A stretch of DNA of 64,000 bases from positions 66,349,351-66,413,350 of the forward strand of contig NC_057718.1 of NCBI RefSeq assembly GCF_004010195.1, read 5' to 3'. The notes beneath the pieces are model-generated. The model was not told the origin of the DNA, ran no database searches, and worked only from the letters and a program-made list of their open reading frames with translations. Positions within the stretch are counted from its first letter, which is position 1; each line of letters starts with the position of its first letter. This document shows, in pieces, positions 50,699 through 62,970 of this stretch. Position numbers and translations under genes: made by a program. Source of the DNA: Chiloscyllium plagiosum. Its lineage: Eukaryota.

Positions 50699-52519
50699 AA
50701 AAGAGGGCCAACTGTTGAGTAGACCTTTTTTAATTAACTGATTTTGAGATGTTATGACATGCTTAAGTAAATTGAGTAACCCAAATTATTTCAAATTTAG
50801 AAAGTTGTTTTAAATTGGTTTACACAGGAACTAAGGCAGGTAAATAGAGTTAAGATACAAATAAACCATGGTGGAGTAGACTTGAGAGACTAAATACCCA
50901 CTCCTCTACCTTTTGGTGTTCCTATTGCATGTGTGCAAGGCATTGTGAGACTATTCTCCTTTCATTCATGCAAAATTCTAAAGTGATGCTGATTTGGTTT
51001 CAGTTGTATTACTAGTAAGTATACAAATGTGCCTCAATAGCAGATAATATTTGGTACATTTGCATTAATTAAAAGAAAGATAGTCATTGCTTGCATGTTT
51101 CCAGTAGTTGTAAAGACACTTTGACATTTTAATATGTCTGGTACGGAGTAATAAATAGGCAAAACATAATCACTGTTTTTACAGTGGAATGAGTGGTGTA
51201 TTATTTCTACTCCATTGAATAGCCATTTTTTCCATATAGCTTGTTTGCCCTGGATATAGACATAATATCCTGCACTACACTGAATGATGCCTTTATGTGT
51301 CCTGCTAGAACATAGTGTTACATGATGACATTCTTGTTTCCTGGCACGGGTGGGGAAAAACCTCTCCTGAGCGCTGTCGGCTTTTCCTTTAGTTGTTAAC
51401 TGTAAATCTGTAAAACTACTAAATTTCAACATAAATTGAACCGAAGCTTGCTAATAGAGACTGTAGGCTGGAATTCCCCTGAGAACAGCTGGTTCTATTT
51501 TAACGTTTGAAATTGGTACCAGATAGTCTACAGACTTAACAGCATTTCACAGTCCTCCCAAATAATACTTTTGATGTTTCTTACTCTGAGTAATTCTTCA
51601 GTCTTAGGCTACATTAAAATTGTGGGGGGTGGGGAGGAAGTGGGGATGGAACTGTGGTACTAATTGTTAATATGTTTTCTGCATGATGTCCAAATTAGTT
51701 TAAAAGTAGGAGTCTGAAATCTGAACAGTAGTTTAAAAAGAATAACTTGAGGTATTATCATTGAGACTGAAATTTTATTTGGAAATCTGCCTCATCCCCA
51801 TAAATGTTTGAATATATAAAAAACACTGTGCAATTAGGTATTGTATGTATAAACACAACCCTTGAGGTTATTTTAATACTCTTTATATCTTGGCCGCTGC
51901 ATAAAAAGGCACTTTGTGTGGCCATTTGATTTTTCTAGAATTCCAAAATCAAGTGTTTGAAACAAGTGGTCTATATTAGACAGGCTAACATTTTTAAAAA
52001 TTAAACAATGTTTAAAATGCAATAGGTAAAGTTTTTATTTCAAACTTTACAACTGCGTCACATTTTGCTTACCCTTCAAATGGCTTTTTACAGATTGCAT
52101 AAGAACACTGCATGAAATAAGATAAAGCTCATCAACAGCATTCATTCCTTTTGGCATCTTGTGAGATTGTGGTCAACTTTAGCATCTGAATAGATCAAAG
52201 TATATCCGTAAATGAGAAAATATTTTAATTCTGTAAAGGGCGACAAATTTTCTTTTTCTGACTACAAACTAGAATTGAAATTGGACATTGCTATTTTGCT
52301 GAAATACCAGGAGGGTTTTGCAAATTTAAAAAATCAAATGGGATTGTGGTGGACATTTTTAGCTTTACAAGATAGTTTTGCTTTTGAAGCAGTGAAGTTA
52401 ATATATTATTGAGACCGAACAGCATCTTTGTGTCTTTGGTTAAGGAAACCTGCCTAATGACAGCCATGGATTTATAACATTTAAAAGACTAGTCCAGTTC
52501 AGTTTCTGCTCAATGGTAG

Positions 52520-53690
52520 CCTTCGTAATGGTAATGGTGGGTAAATTCAGCAATGAGCACCAATAACACCATTGCATGCCAAAGGGAGATGGTTAGAATC
52601 AGTACAGTTGGAGAAGATAATTGCCTGATACTTGCATGGCAAGCATCTGACTTAACACTTAGCAACCCAATTCTGACTCTTGTCCAGCTATTTCTACATT
52701 TGGATGTGGCCTATGTCAGTATTTGAAGAGTCATGGAAGAGTGATCATTGTGCAATCATCAGTGAATATCGCCACCTCCATGTAATGGTGGAACAGTGTT
52801 TTTGATGAAGCAGCTGAAGATGGTTGGGCCTAAGACACTACACTGAGAAACTCCGGCAGTGACATTCATGCTCTGATCAAGGCTGAAATGAGGCCTGAAA
52901 CATGTAGCCCTAACAGAATGCAAACTGAGTGTCAGTGAACAGGCCCCGTCTGAACAAGTGCAGTTTGGTAGCACTGTCAACAATCTCTTCCTTCACTGAT
53001 AATCAACTTAGAATGACAGTTGCCTGGGTTGGATTTCTCCTGCTTTTGCTTGATTGGTCATACCCAGGAATTGTCCAGGTTGGGTGGTGACCAATGTTAT
53101 AACTGTACATTCAGTTCTGCTTTAACGTAATAGTTCTGTTCTTGTGCAACCCCGTGTGATAAGAAAATCGCGTAATAGCAGCACCACTTATGCTAATGGA
53201 GCTGGAATCATGTTATAACCAATACATGCTTTTAAAAATTTGCATGATAGAAATATTGACCCAATTTGTCAATCGTGTTATAGTGAATTTGATTAATGAA
53301 ATTCTGTTGTAGCAGAATGACGTGCTAGAAAAGCTAGTCTAGGAGCTTGTTGTGTTCTGGAACTTCAGAAGTCTTCAGTATTATTGCTAGAATGTTATTT
53401 GAACCCCTGGTCTTTGCTGTATCCAGTGCCTTCAGTTGCTTTTTGATATCACAAAGTGAATTAAATTGCTACAAGACTGACATTGGTGATGTGGGGTTTA
53501 AAGAAGGCTAAAATGGATCATCTACTTTGAATTTCTGGCTGAAGACAGTTCCAAGTGCTTCAGCCTTGTAACTTGCATAGATGTGCTAGTCTCCCCTATC
53601 ATTTGGGGATGTTTGTGAAGCAGTCTTCTCCAATGAGTTTGGTAATTATCCACATTATTCATGACTGAATGTGACTGGACTACAGAATCA
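52520..53690 (-). mobile_element. LINE family B ORF2 fragments, split by a MITE
   Basis: ORF 52759..52983 NVTAGVSQCSVLGPTIFSCFI. Confidence 0.65.
53108..53324. mobile_element. Tc1/mariner (Tigger-like) MITE
   Basis: TA at 53106-7; imperfect TIRs tcagttctgctttaac / gttgtagcagaatga; the LINE sequence resumes on either side. Confidence 0.6.
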
Positions 53691-54059
53691 AACTCCTGAG
53701 AAGGGATTGAAATCTGAAAAGGTTTTGCACTGTTTTGAGTGTATTGGGAACCATTGATTATGGAGTGAAACTTGAACCCTTTGAGATTGAATCAGCCGCT
53801 CTTGTGGAGGGAAATGTTTTGCATGTGGAGAGCTCAGATAAAGTGGCTACAATGCCATCTAATGGTCAGATTTAAAAGCTCTATTGATCAGATTTTCTCT
53901 TGTGGCTCTGTACCATCTTTTATCTACAGATAGCCCACAGTTGAACAGTGAGGTGTAAAGTATTATGATGCAAAATAATACTATTTGTTGAACATTCAAT
54001 ATGCAGCATAGTATTTACATTTTTGTTTTATGGATATTTAGGGTCCTAGAAATTAAAAC

Positions 54060-54265
54060 TTTTCTACGGAATAAGCTGCTGGAGGAAATGGAAGAGGTAG
54101 GTACCAGTTAGAACATTTTAAAAGACATTTTGACTGGTACATGGATAGGAAAGGTTTAGAGGAATATGGGCCAAATTCAGGAAAATGGTACTAGTTCAGT
54201 TTGGGAAATCCTGGTTAGCATGAACGAGTTGGGCTGAAGGACCTTTTTCTGTGCTGTATGAATAC
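54060..54265 (+). mobile_element. HER1-like CR1 tail
   Basis: matches 48275-48470. Confidence 0.75.
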
Positions 54266-55069
54266 AAGATTTTTAACTTCAGACAGTCAGGAATTGACAC
54301 AAACAGTAAGAAAATCAATAATAGGATTAGAAATGATTTTGAACAGAGGAAATACCTACATTGAAGGTCCATTGTCTAAATTTTCTTACCTTCTCTGAAG
54401 AGGTCTATAGTTAGTTATTTTGTTTTGACTTTTCTATGATAACTATGTAATTATCCTCAAGTATAAAGCAATTATGTTTCTCAATTTCTGAAGTTACCTT
54501 TAAGTTTTCAAGGACTCTATTTTTAATACAGCCTTTCCATACAAGATCATGGTCATAGACTCATTTGCAATACAGGAGGAGGTGATGCAGCATATTAACA
54601 CTATACTGTCTGTCTGTGGCACAATCTTATTACCAGGGATCCCACTCCCATTGCTCTGCAGGTTCATTTTCTTCAACTACCTGTTCAATTTACTTTTGAA
54701 ATAATTGATACTGTCTAATTTCAGCATCCTCATCATAGCAAGTTCCAGGTCATTGCTGCTTGAATAAAGATTCCTCTTGTATTTCTTGCTCAAAAGCTTT
54801 AAATCTTTATTTTCCTGTCCTGTGGCATGAGCTAATAGAGATAATTTTACCATGTCCATCTTATGTAGACGTTTCCACCAATGTAAAGTCAGGAAGTGGG
54901 GATGTTCGCCTATGATTGCGCAATGTTCAGTGTCATTTGTAACTACTCAGATGCTGAAGCAGTCCATGTCCAAATGCAACAAGATCTGGTCAGTATTCAT
55001 TCTTTGGGTAGCAAATAACATTTGTACCACACAAATGCCAGGCCGTGACCATCTCCAATAAGAGAAATT

Positions 55070-55800
55070 AATCCCTTACCTATCTATCTCTGTTTTAAAC
55101 ACACTCAGTTGCTTGACCACCACAACTTTCGATGGCAATGTATTCCACATATTTACCACCCCCTGTCTGAAGAAACTCCTTGTCATCTCTGTTCTCAGGG
55201 GTAGTTCTCTGTACATCTACTCTATATTCTGTATTCCAATGAGATTATCCATCATCCTCCTAAACTCTATCGTGTACATAATCAGAGTCCTCAACTGCTC
55301 CTCATATGACAAACTTTTCATCCTTGGTTGATTCTTGTAAGCGTCCTCTGGATCCCCTTCAACACCAGCAGATCCTTAGCTATGGAGTCCAAAACTGCTC
55401 TCAATATTCCAAATGTGGTGTGACCAGAGGCTTATACAGCTTCAGCAGTTCATCTCTGCCCTTGTATTCTAGTACTCTTGAAATGAACACTAACTTTGCA
55501 TTTGCCTCCTTAACTGCTAACTGCATTGTATGTTAGCCTGAACAGAGTTTTGAATTAGGACACCCAAGTCTCTTGTGCTTCAGATTTCCGAAATCTTTCC
55601 CTGTTTAGAAAATGGTCCACGCCTCTCCTTTCTACCAAAGTGCATCATCTCTCACTTTCCCACATTGTATTCCATCGTCCATTTCTTTGCCCACGCTCCC
55701 TAGTCTGTTCACATTATTCAGCAGCCTCTCCACTTCCTCAAAGCTACCTGTCATGCCACTTATCTTGTGTTATCTACAAACTTAGCAATAATGTTGTCAA
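55070..55800 (-). mobile_element. CR1 fragment
   Basis: reverse of LYKPLVTPHLEY*EQFWTP motif. Confidence 0.75.
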
Positions 55801-57499
55801 TTTCCTTTTCCATAAGCCTCAGTTTTGTTAATATATCTTCTGAAAAAATGCTTTAGAATTGGATGCAAAACTTTTTGTTTTGTGATAATTTGATTTTTTA
55901 ATATTTTCAGAATGATCCAGATCTTTGCCTACTGCTTAGTTATATTGTAACAGCATAAATTACTGCTTAATATGTGACAAAATCAGGTATTTTGCATCTA
56001 AAATTTTGCTGCATCCATTGTCTTTTCTGAACTAAATGTTTTGATACATCACATCAGAGTTTGAATTGGTTTTGGGCTAGTTTGCATAGAGAAAGCCCAA
56101 AAATGTTATGTGGAGCAAAGTTTGTGTATGTACGCAGATATCTGCACTAGATGCACATGATTCCTTGTATTTCCTGTAAACTTCAAAGTGGACAATGGTT
56201 GTCATTACTGTCATAAGCTGTAAAATATAGGCTATTTCTCGAAAAAGAAAGCCACCAGGAAGTTGGAAGAGTGGTTGATGGTACACCAAAGATGAGCTAT
56301 GAGTTTTAAAAACAAGTAGCACTCCTTGAAAGGTACCATTTCATCGGCAATGAATTGAAATCACAGTCATGCACTACAGCTTACATTTTTACTACAGGAA
56401 CTTTATAACTTGATCAAGAATATCACAACTCGTATGTCATCATGGAAAAGTGAAGCCTATCATTCATTGGTTCAGTGTCAGATCAAATTCTTTGGATCCA
56501 TTTTCTTTATCTTCTGGAATTTCTTGCTTAAAAATCATTTGCAGTGTTTCAATAACACCTCATGAAAGCGTTTTCTTTCTTTTGTTGTCCTTGTAATAAT
56601 TGAGTTTATGCCTGTTGAGCTTTGTTCATGTACCAGCCAGTTATGTCTGATTTATGAAAGCATCAAAAAAGAGAGTTTTCTGCAACACTGAAGGAGAACA
56701 GATTAATAATGAACTGCTGATGTTTTAAGTTGACGTTTTACATGATGTGGTGTTTTGTAGTATTTGTATCTCCAAAAAAGCTGTCATTCTGGTCTGGATT
56801 TTTTTGGAGTTGTGGAGATGCTGCACATCTTCCAAAGTCGCAGCCAAGATCCAGATCTGCAAGTCCCAGCCCAATCTCCAGTGGATTCTGTTTTCACCAG
56901 TATGGAAGAGGGGTATGGTGTGAATCTCTCAGGATAGAAACTCACACTTAGCGGAGTCATTTGAACTCTATGTTGAATTTCATATAGCCCATTTTCACCT
57001 TATCATACGCTTTAAACTGCATGTTCAGAGTAGTTGTAACTGGTCTTGAAGGATTCATAAGGTCTGCAGAACTAAAAACTTCATTTTTAGAATGCCGTGA
57101 ATGGGCATTTTTCTTAAATAGTAATGGCTATAATAGATATTTTGAACTTTAGTTCACCTCAGCATGGCCCTTAGAGTCTTCCCATGTGTTAATTTGGAAG
57201 GTACAATCACAACAGTGGTGGGTGACTTGGCATGAGTTGACTTAAAGATGGCAGAGGACTGTAGTAGAGGCGTGGGTTGACATGAGGGACCTTTTTGAGT
57301 TATTGGTGAAGGTTATTCAGGCCTTCCAAAGCAGGCGTAGCACACAGTGGGATTTTCGGACTCCCTTTGCTCAACTCAGAAGAAAAAGTCCTGGTACTAG
57401 AGTTTGTCACAGAACCTGAAGAGCACTTTATGTTCATTTGTGTATATATATAAATCTTGCAATTTTTCTGTATAATACTTTGCCTTTTTCATTGCTTTG

Positions 57500-57670
57500 T
57501 GTCAACTTGCCTCAGTTGGTAATACAGCAGTCTCTGAAATAGATACTTATAGGATTCAAGCCCTTGTTTGGATTCAGGCAGACAATTTCAATACCATCTA
57601 GTGCAGTATTGAAGTGTAGTGCCATATCAGAAATGCCATCCTACAAATGGGGCATAATCCAGAGGTTTTA
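57500..57670 (+). mobile_element. possible ancient Deu-domain SINE remnant
   Basis: tRNA-like head gcctcagttggta..ggattcaagccc, then gtgcagtattgaag...tgccatcctacaaatggggcataatccagagg; recognised from memory only. Confidence 0.35.
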
Positions 57671-57932
57671 GGTACAAGCAATGCTACATTATCATTGGCA
57701 GAATGTGACATGTTCTGATTATGGAGCATGTCATTTGACCACTTAAGCAAAGGAATGGTATTGGGGAATGCTGAATTTTCGAAAATAGTTGAACTTGCCA
57801 TAAAATATAATTCTGACGGATTATTTTACCATAAGCAGCTTGTGTTAAATAGAAGCTAGTATTTATTATCAACAAGATCGTATGAATTGGGAACTGTGAC
57901 AAATAATTCTCTACTAATGCTTTCATTATCAG

Positions 57933-58118
57933 ATTCAGCAGTGGGAGCATAATCTGGAGAAATTTAATGTGGATCTGTTCCGAATGCGTTGTTACCTGGC
58001 GAGCCTACAGGGAGGTGAGCTACCAAATCCTAAGAGTCTCCTTGCAGCTGCCAGTCGGCCCTCTAAATTGGCACTTAGCAGACTGGGGATCTTCTCCGTC
58101 TCATCTTTTCATGCTCTG
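57933..58118 (+). CDS. TIAM2: TIAM2 coding exon 5 (186 nt; CC-Ex region); absent from the ORF track
   Basis: branch-point-like tactaat at about 57912; ttatcag|ATTCAG ... GCTCTG|gtaagg; manual translation [62 protein letters not shown]. Confidence 0.96.
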
Positions 58119-58609
58119 GTAAGGATTGGTTAAGAAATTGAGAGACATTTAATTTTGTTTTCTATCCTTCTCTTCACCCACAGTCATCCCTTTTGATACT
58201 CAATACAAAATTGAATCATTGTGTACAAACAACACTGAAAGTATATTATGCACGTTGTAGATAGTAATATTGGGCATATAATATTGAATATAAATTGAAT
58301 GCATTTAATGAAAGTGCTAGAAGATAATAAATGGAAACCCTATATTTAAAATGGGAGATTAAAACATGTCCAGAAAACTCTAGACTAATTAGCTTAACGC
58401 TGTTGGTAGGAAAGATATTAGAATCTTTGCCCAGATGTGAAGAAAGCATCTGGAAGCTAATGAAAATGGGCATGGATTTCAAATGGGAAGGTTTGACCAA
58501 ATGTAATTCATTGTTTGAAGAAATAATGAGGGAGATGCAGGATATCTGTCTTATTTCAAAAGAAATTAGTTGATGTGGCATGACTCATAAAGTTCCACAA
58601 TCTATTTGT

Positions 58610-58940
58610 GGGCGGCACGGTGGCACAGTGGTTAGCACTGCTGCCTCGCAGCGCCAGAAACCCGGGTTCAATTCCCGCCTCAGGTGACTGACTGTGTGGA
58701 GTTTGCACGTTCTCCCATGTCTGCGTGGGTTTCCTCCGGGTGCTCCGGTTTCCTCCCACAGTCCAAAGATGTGCAGGTCAGGTGAATTGGCCATGCTAAA
58801 CTGCCCGTAGTGTTAGGTAAGGGGTAAATGTAGGGGCATGGGTGGGTTGTGCTTCGGCAGGGCGGTGTGGACTTGTTGGGCCGAAGGGCCTGTTTCCACA
58901 CTGTAAGTAATCTTAAAAAAAACTAATCTAAAAAAAATCT
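58610..58940 (+). mobile_element. HE1-type V-SINE, full length and young (CpGs retained)
   Basis: gggcggcacggtggcacagtggttagc...; TSD-like atctattt at 58600 and 58941. Confidence 0.95.
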
Positions 58941-59844
58941 ATCTATTTATTAAAAACAACGTTTTTAATATTGCCAGTAGGGTAATTAAAATGCACAATC
59001 CTATTAGATCAGTTCATTGTTTGCTGGTCCTAATCAAATGAAATCAAGTCCAGCTTTGCTGTAAGAAGTAAATAGCCACACTTAACATACCTTCCATGTC
59101 TTATTTCAGTTTTCTTACCTGCGAACTAAATGTATGAAGGAAAACAATTGTATAGAAATGAAAGATACCAAGGTGTAAGAAAGATTGATGACATGTGATA
59201 CCCTTTGTTTTATTTTCTCCTATGAGCTCGCAAAATTGAACTTATTCATTAGTTGTTTGCATGGTGTCTAATAGTGAGTCATAAAATGAAAAACATTTCC
59301 ACTACATCACTTGTCTGGTCAGCCCATGGAAAGCTAATGTTAGATAAATGGAAATGTTTGTTGTGTCTTTCAATAGAAAAGATTAAACTTTACCCTTTGT
59401 GACAGAGGAACCATTTCAAGAACACTGTTGAAAATAAGTGCATTTTAGTAAGAACTGAGGCTGGACCACTGAATAAATAGTTGTCTGGTCATTATATGGT
59501 TGTTCTAATAGCATGGGTAATCTTTGCGTTTTGATGAGATTTTCTTTTTTTTCATAATTTTGGGTAAAAGAGCTAATGGATCACTCAACTTAATTCTTCT
59601 ATTGGCATTTCATACCATTGTATGCCTTAGAGATCTACTTAATTTCCTGAAGGAGGAGAACAGGTTTCAGCAGTTCAGGAAGGCAGCTCATCACCACCAC
59701 CACCTTGAGCAACTAGAGAATGGAAATAACTGCTGACCAACCAGCAACGCACACACCCCACGATTGAATTTTTAAAAAAACACAATGTTGTATTAATTTT
59801 CTCCCTGACACGGCTGCCCCAGCCCCAAAGTACATAATTTATTT

Positions 59845-59978
59845 TATATTCATTCATGAGATGAGAGCATTGTGGTCACATCATTTATTGTCCATCCTTA
59901 ATTACCTAAGAATTACTGTACTGCTCTGGGTTTGGAGTCACATGTAAGGAGGGCAGATTTCCTTCTCTAAAGGATAAT
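59845..59978 (-). mobile_element. SINE family B 3' fragment
   Basis: attcattcatgagatg...tttattgtccatcctta...gcagatttccttctctaaagga. Confidence 0.65.
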
Positions 59979-61767
59979 TCCAAAATGCTCGGAGATGTTG
60001 AATGGGTTAAATGATAACTTTATTATCTCAGCAGTTGAGTGATCATTGTATTTTAAATTGTGTTTTTAGTTCTTTCATCCTAATGCCCTTCAATGTTTTT
60101 CAACTGGATGTATGTCTTAATGAATTATTTCATGCGGCATTACCTTTTTCTACCCCATGTATTAGGTTTATATTTAGGAGAAAGCTCAGGCTGCACAGTA
60201 ATGATGCAAGTTACATATCCACACTATTGATCTGTTTATAATTTAGCGCTCTACATTTTCTGTAGAAATGTGTTCTACATGTTATTCTTAAATGTGATTA
60301 TCTTGAGAAAAATGTGGTGGTGGAGAATGTCAAATGATTTGAATCCATATCATTCCTCGTGTGTAGTTTTGTTAAATTAAATAATTCTTACTTTGTGATA
60401 TCACAATTGTTGTGACTGTGTTCATGTTAATATATTAAGTGTTCCAACAATTGATTAAATTTATTTTACGTGCCCGTATTCTTCTGCCAGTGGTCACTAA
60501 GACTACCATTTCAATCTAAACCAATTTAATTTCAACTTGGACTCAATCCTACTTTAGGGCAGTGTGCACAAAATTAATAGTTGTAGCTTTTTTAAAAAAA
60601 AAGTAATTCTTGGGAAATGGTAGGAAGAAGTAGTCCATAACTTCAATTGAATCTAGATAGTACGCTGAAAAACTATGTAAAATTTATGCAAAGTGTGTCT
60701 ACCAATAATTGCTTAATGTAAGAATGTCCCATGGAGTGTGTTCTACCAGATACAGTATATCTGTTCATCATGCTTTTTAATTTACTTGCTACTTCTCTCA
60801 AATCACCACCAGTTCCATTTTTGAAAATCCCATAACTGCAATTGTGACTCATAGTTTTTGCTCTTCCCAATCCTTTTAATAGACCATTTACTTTATTGGT
60901 GACTTCTACACAGGGATCTATGGTGAGCAGTGGGATTATTTTTGATACACTGCTGCAAAGTGCCAAAATAAGCACAATGGGCCTTCTGGCTGTTTCTGTT
61001 GTAAGCCCTTATGATTTATCTTTGAATATGTAGTTCGCTGACTAAGAAATCTATATTTGTTATGTTTCAAAGTGGCTTCTTTGACCATTTTGGCTAATTT
61101 CAGCAATACATGTGGCTTACCTGCTAAAAAACAACTTTTCATAGCCCATTCTACAGAACTTCCAATTAAATTAATTTGCAATTTCAAACTTGGTGACAAT
61201 GTTTAGTAAAAGTAGCAAATATAGGCACCTTTAAAGAGTTTAAACACTTTGTATGGCACTGTCAAAGTTGTGGTATTTTAACACTTTGACTTGATGGGAT
61301 GCGTTGGTGATAAAGTGAGGATAATTAAAAGTCTAGAGTCTTAACTTGACAGTGATGTCACACATTTATTGAGAAGGTTCCCCATCAGTGTCAGCCTACT
61401 TTGATAGGTTTGTATTCTTAATAGCTGATGAATGCTAGAAAAAGGTTGTAGTACCTGTTAGCTCCCCGAATTAGAATTAGGATTAAGATTCGGAATTTTA
61501 ACACTTTTATTAATTCCCACCATCTTGACATTGTTTGTTTTGGGAAATAAAGTATCCACAAAGCAACTTGAGAATTTATTTTATAAAATGATTCCAATTC
61601 TATTTTAATCTTGAATTTTAAAAAATTGTACTGTTTTTTTAAACAAAAAAATTCATTTAATCTTTTTGCATTCTCAAAAATTGCCAACTTTAAAGAAAAT
61701 TAGTATGACTATTGAAAATCTGAAGTAGAATGAATTCTCTTCACATGATTTACTTTTTCTTTTGAAG

Positions 61768-61914
61768 AATTGTTCCAGAGATGAAGCAACACTTCGAAAA
61801 AGAACGTTGTCCCTGTCTCAACGATTAAGAAGTAAAAAGGGTTTGTTCTCTTCACTGAAGGGGTTAGACGATCTTGGAAGGAAAGGAAAAGAAAAGAGAC
61901 CCCCAATTATACAG
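61768..61914 (+). CDS. TIAM2: TIAM2 coding exon 6 (147 nt); gene continues beyond the window
   Basis: tttttcttttgaag|AATTGT ... ATACAG|gcatgt; encodes NCSRDEATLRKRTLSLSQRLRSKKGLFSSLKGLDDLGRKGKEKRPPIIQ. Confidence 0.9.
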
Positions 61915-62747
61915 GCATGTTTTCATTTTTCAACTCAAAGTAAGATTCAAAAGTTTTCTTAACTGAATGTCCTCAAAGTCCCTGAATTATTCATTGTGTT
62001 TTCCTTCAGCATATAAATATAGTGTTCCATATGGAAGAGAATACCTTAACACAAAGAAAGAGACTATTGGATGTTTAGTATGGGTGAGGGAAAGTATTTA
62101 TTTAAACAGATTAAGTGCAGTTGAATTTCCGTCATTCAGCTTATTGTTTACTATTGCCATTTTTGTAGGAATAGGATCTTGTGTTGCTATTTTGGCTCTT
62201 TGTGATGTAGGATGAAGTTTTCTAATCTCCAATTCTTTGAAGAACTTCTAGAAACCTGTAATATTATGTAATGGACAAAATTGCCCATCAACAACTAATA
62301 CACATGTACTCTTCATGCCAAAAGAACCAAATACCAAATTTATCTTGTAGATGAGATGTATTGAATTTCCTATAACGAAACATTTACTAACAGGGATATT
62401 GATATTAAAGTATGTGTTATAATTACAGGAATATGTCATGATGCAAATTAATCTTGCAGAAGTTAGTAGATAGCCAGTACATCTGGTCAATTCCTTGACT
62501 ATTACAACTTATTTGTTGAGCTGTGTATTGAATTTCAAGTCACTTACAACATTTTAGGTGGACTCCTATAGCCTGAACAACATGAACTATGATGAGAAAT
62601 CTGGGAGAATCACGTGAGAAATCCAGTGTTGGCATTCTAAATGTTGGGAACAACTGGCTGCATTTTTCACTCATTTTTCTGGGCATCAAGACAAGTTTCT
62701 CAATTGGGAATAGCAAGGTTCTAATAAATAGGGATTATTGCTTGTTG

Positions 62748-62970
62748 AGGAGAAAGTGAGGTCTGCAGATGCTGGAGATCAGAGATGGAAATGTGTTGCT
62801 GGAAAAGCGCAGCAGGTCAGGCAGCATCTAGGGAACAGGAGAATCGACATTTCGGGCATTAGCCCTTCTTCAGGAACATTCCTGAAGAAGGGCTAATGCC
62901 CGAAACGTCGATTCTCCGGTTCCCTAGATGCTGCCTGACCTGCTGCGCTTTTCCAGCAACACATTTCCAT
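62748..62970. mobile_element. palindromic non-coding Penelope family 1 mini-element with a 14-bp TSD
   Basis: arms 62785-62876 and 62879-62970 (92 bp, 2 mismatches, 2-nt loop); attattgcttgttg at 62734-62747 and 62969-62982. Confidence 0.92.
62878..62913 (+). ncRNA. minimal type I hammerhead ribozyme motif (intact core, GUC site); mirror copy on the minus strand at about 62842-62877
   Basis: attc-CTGAAGA-A-GGGC-taat-GCCC-GAAA-CG-TC^-gatt; palindromic ACGT in place of stem III. Confidence 0.8.

Noticed and set aside
58610..58685. tRNA genes at the SINE heads (also 4334, 8453, 42252, 45788)
   Set aside because: A and B boxes run straight into the V-SINE core and LINE-like tail; there is no complete cloverleaf.
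26187..61914. TIAM1 as the identity of the gene
   Set aside because: The N-terminus (MGNSDSQY) and PH/Ex sequences match TIAM2 as I recall it, not TIAM1.
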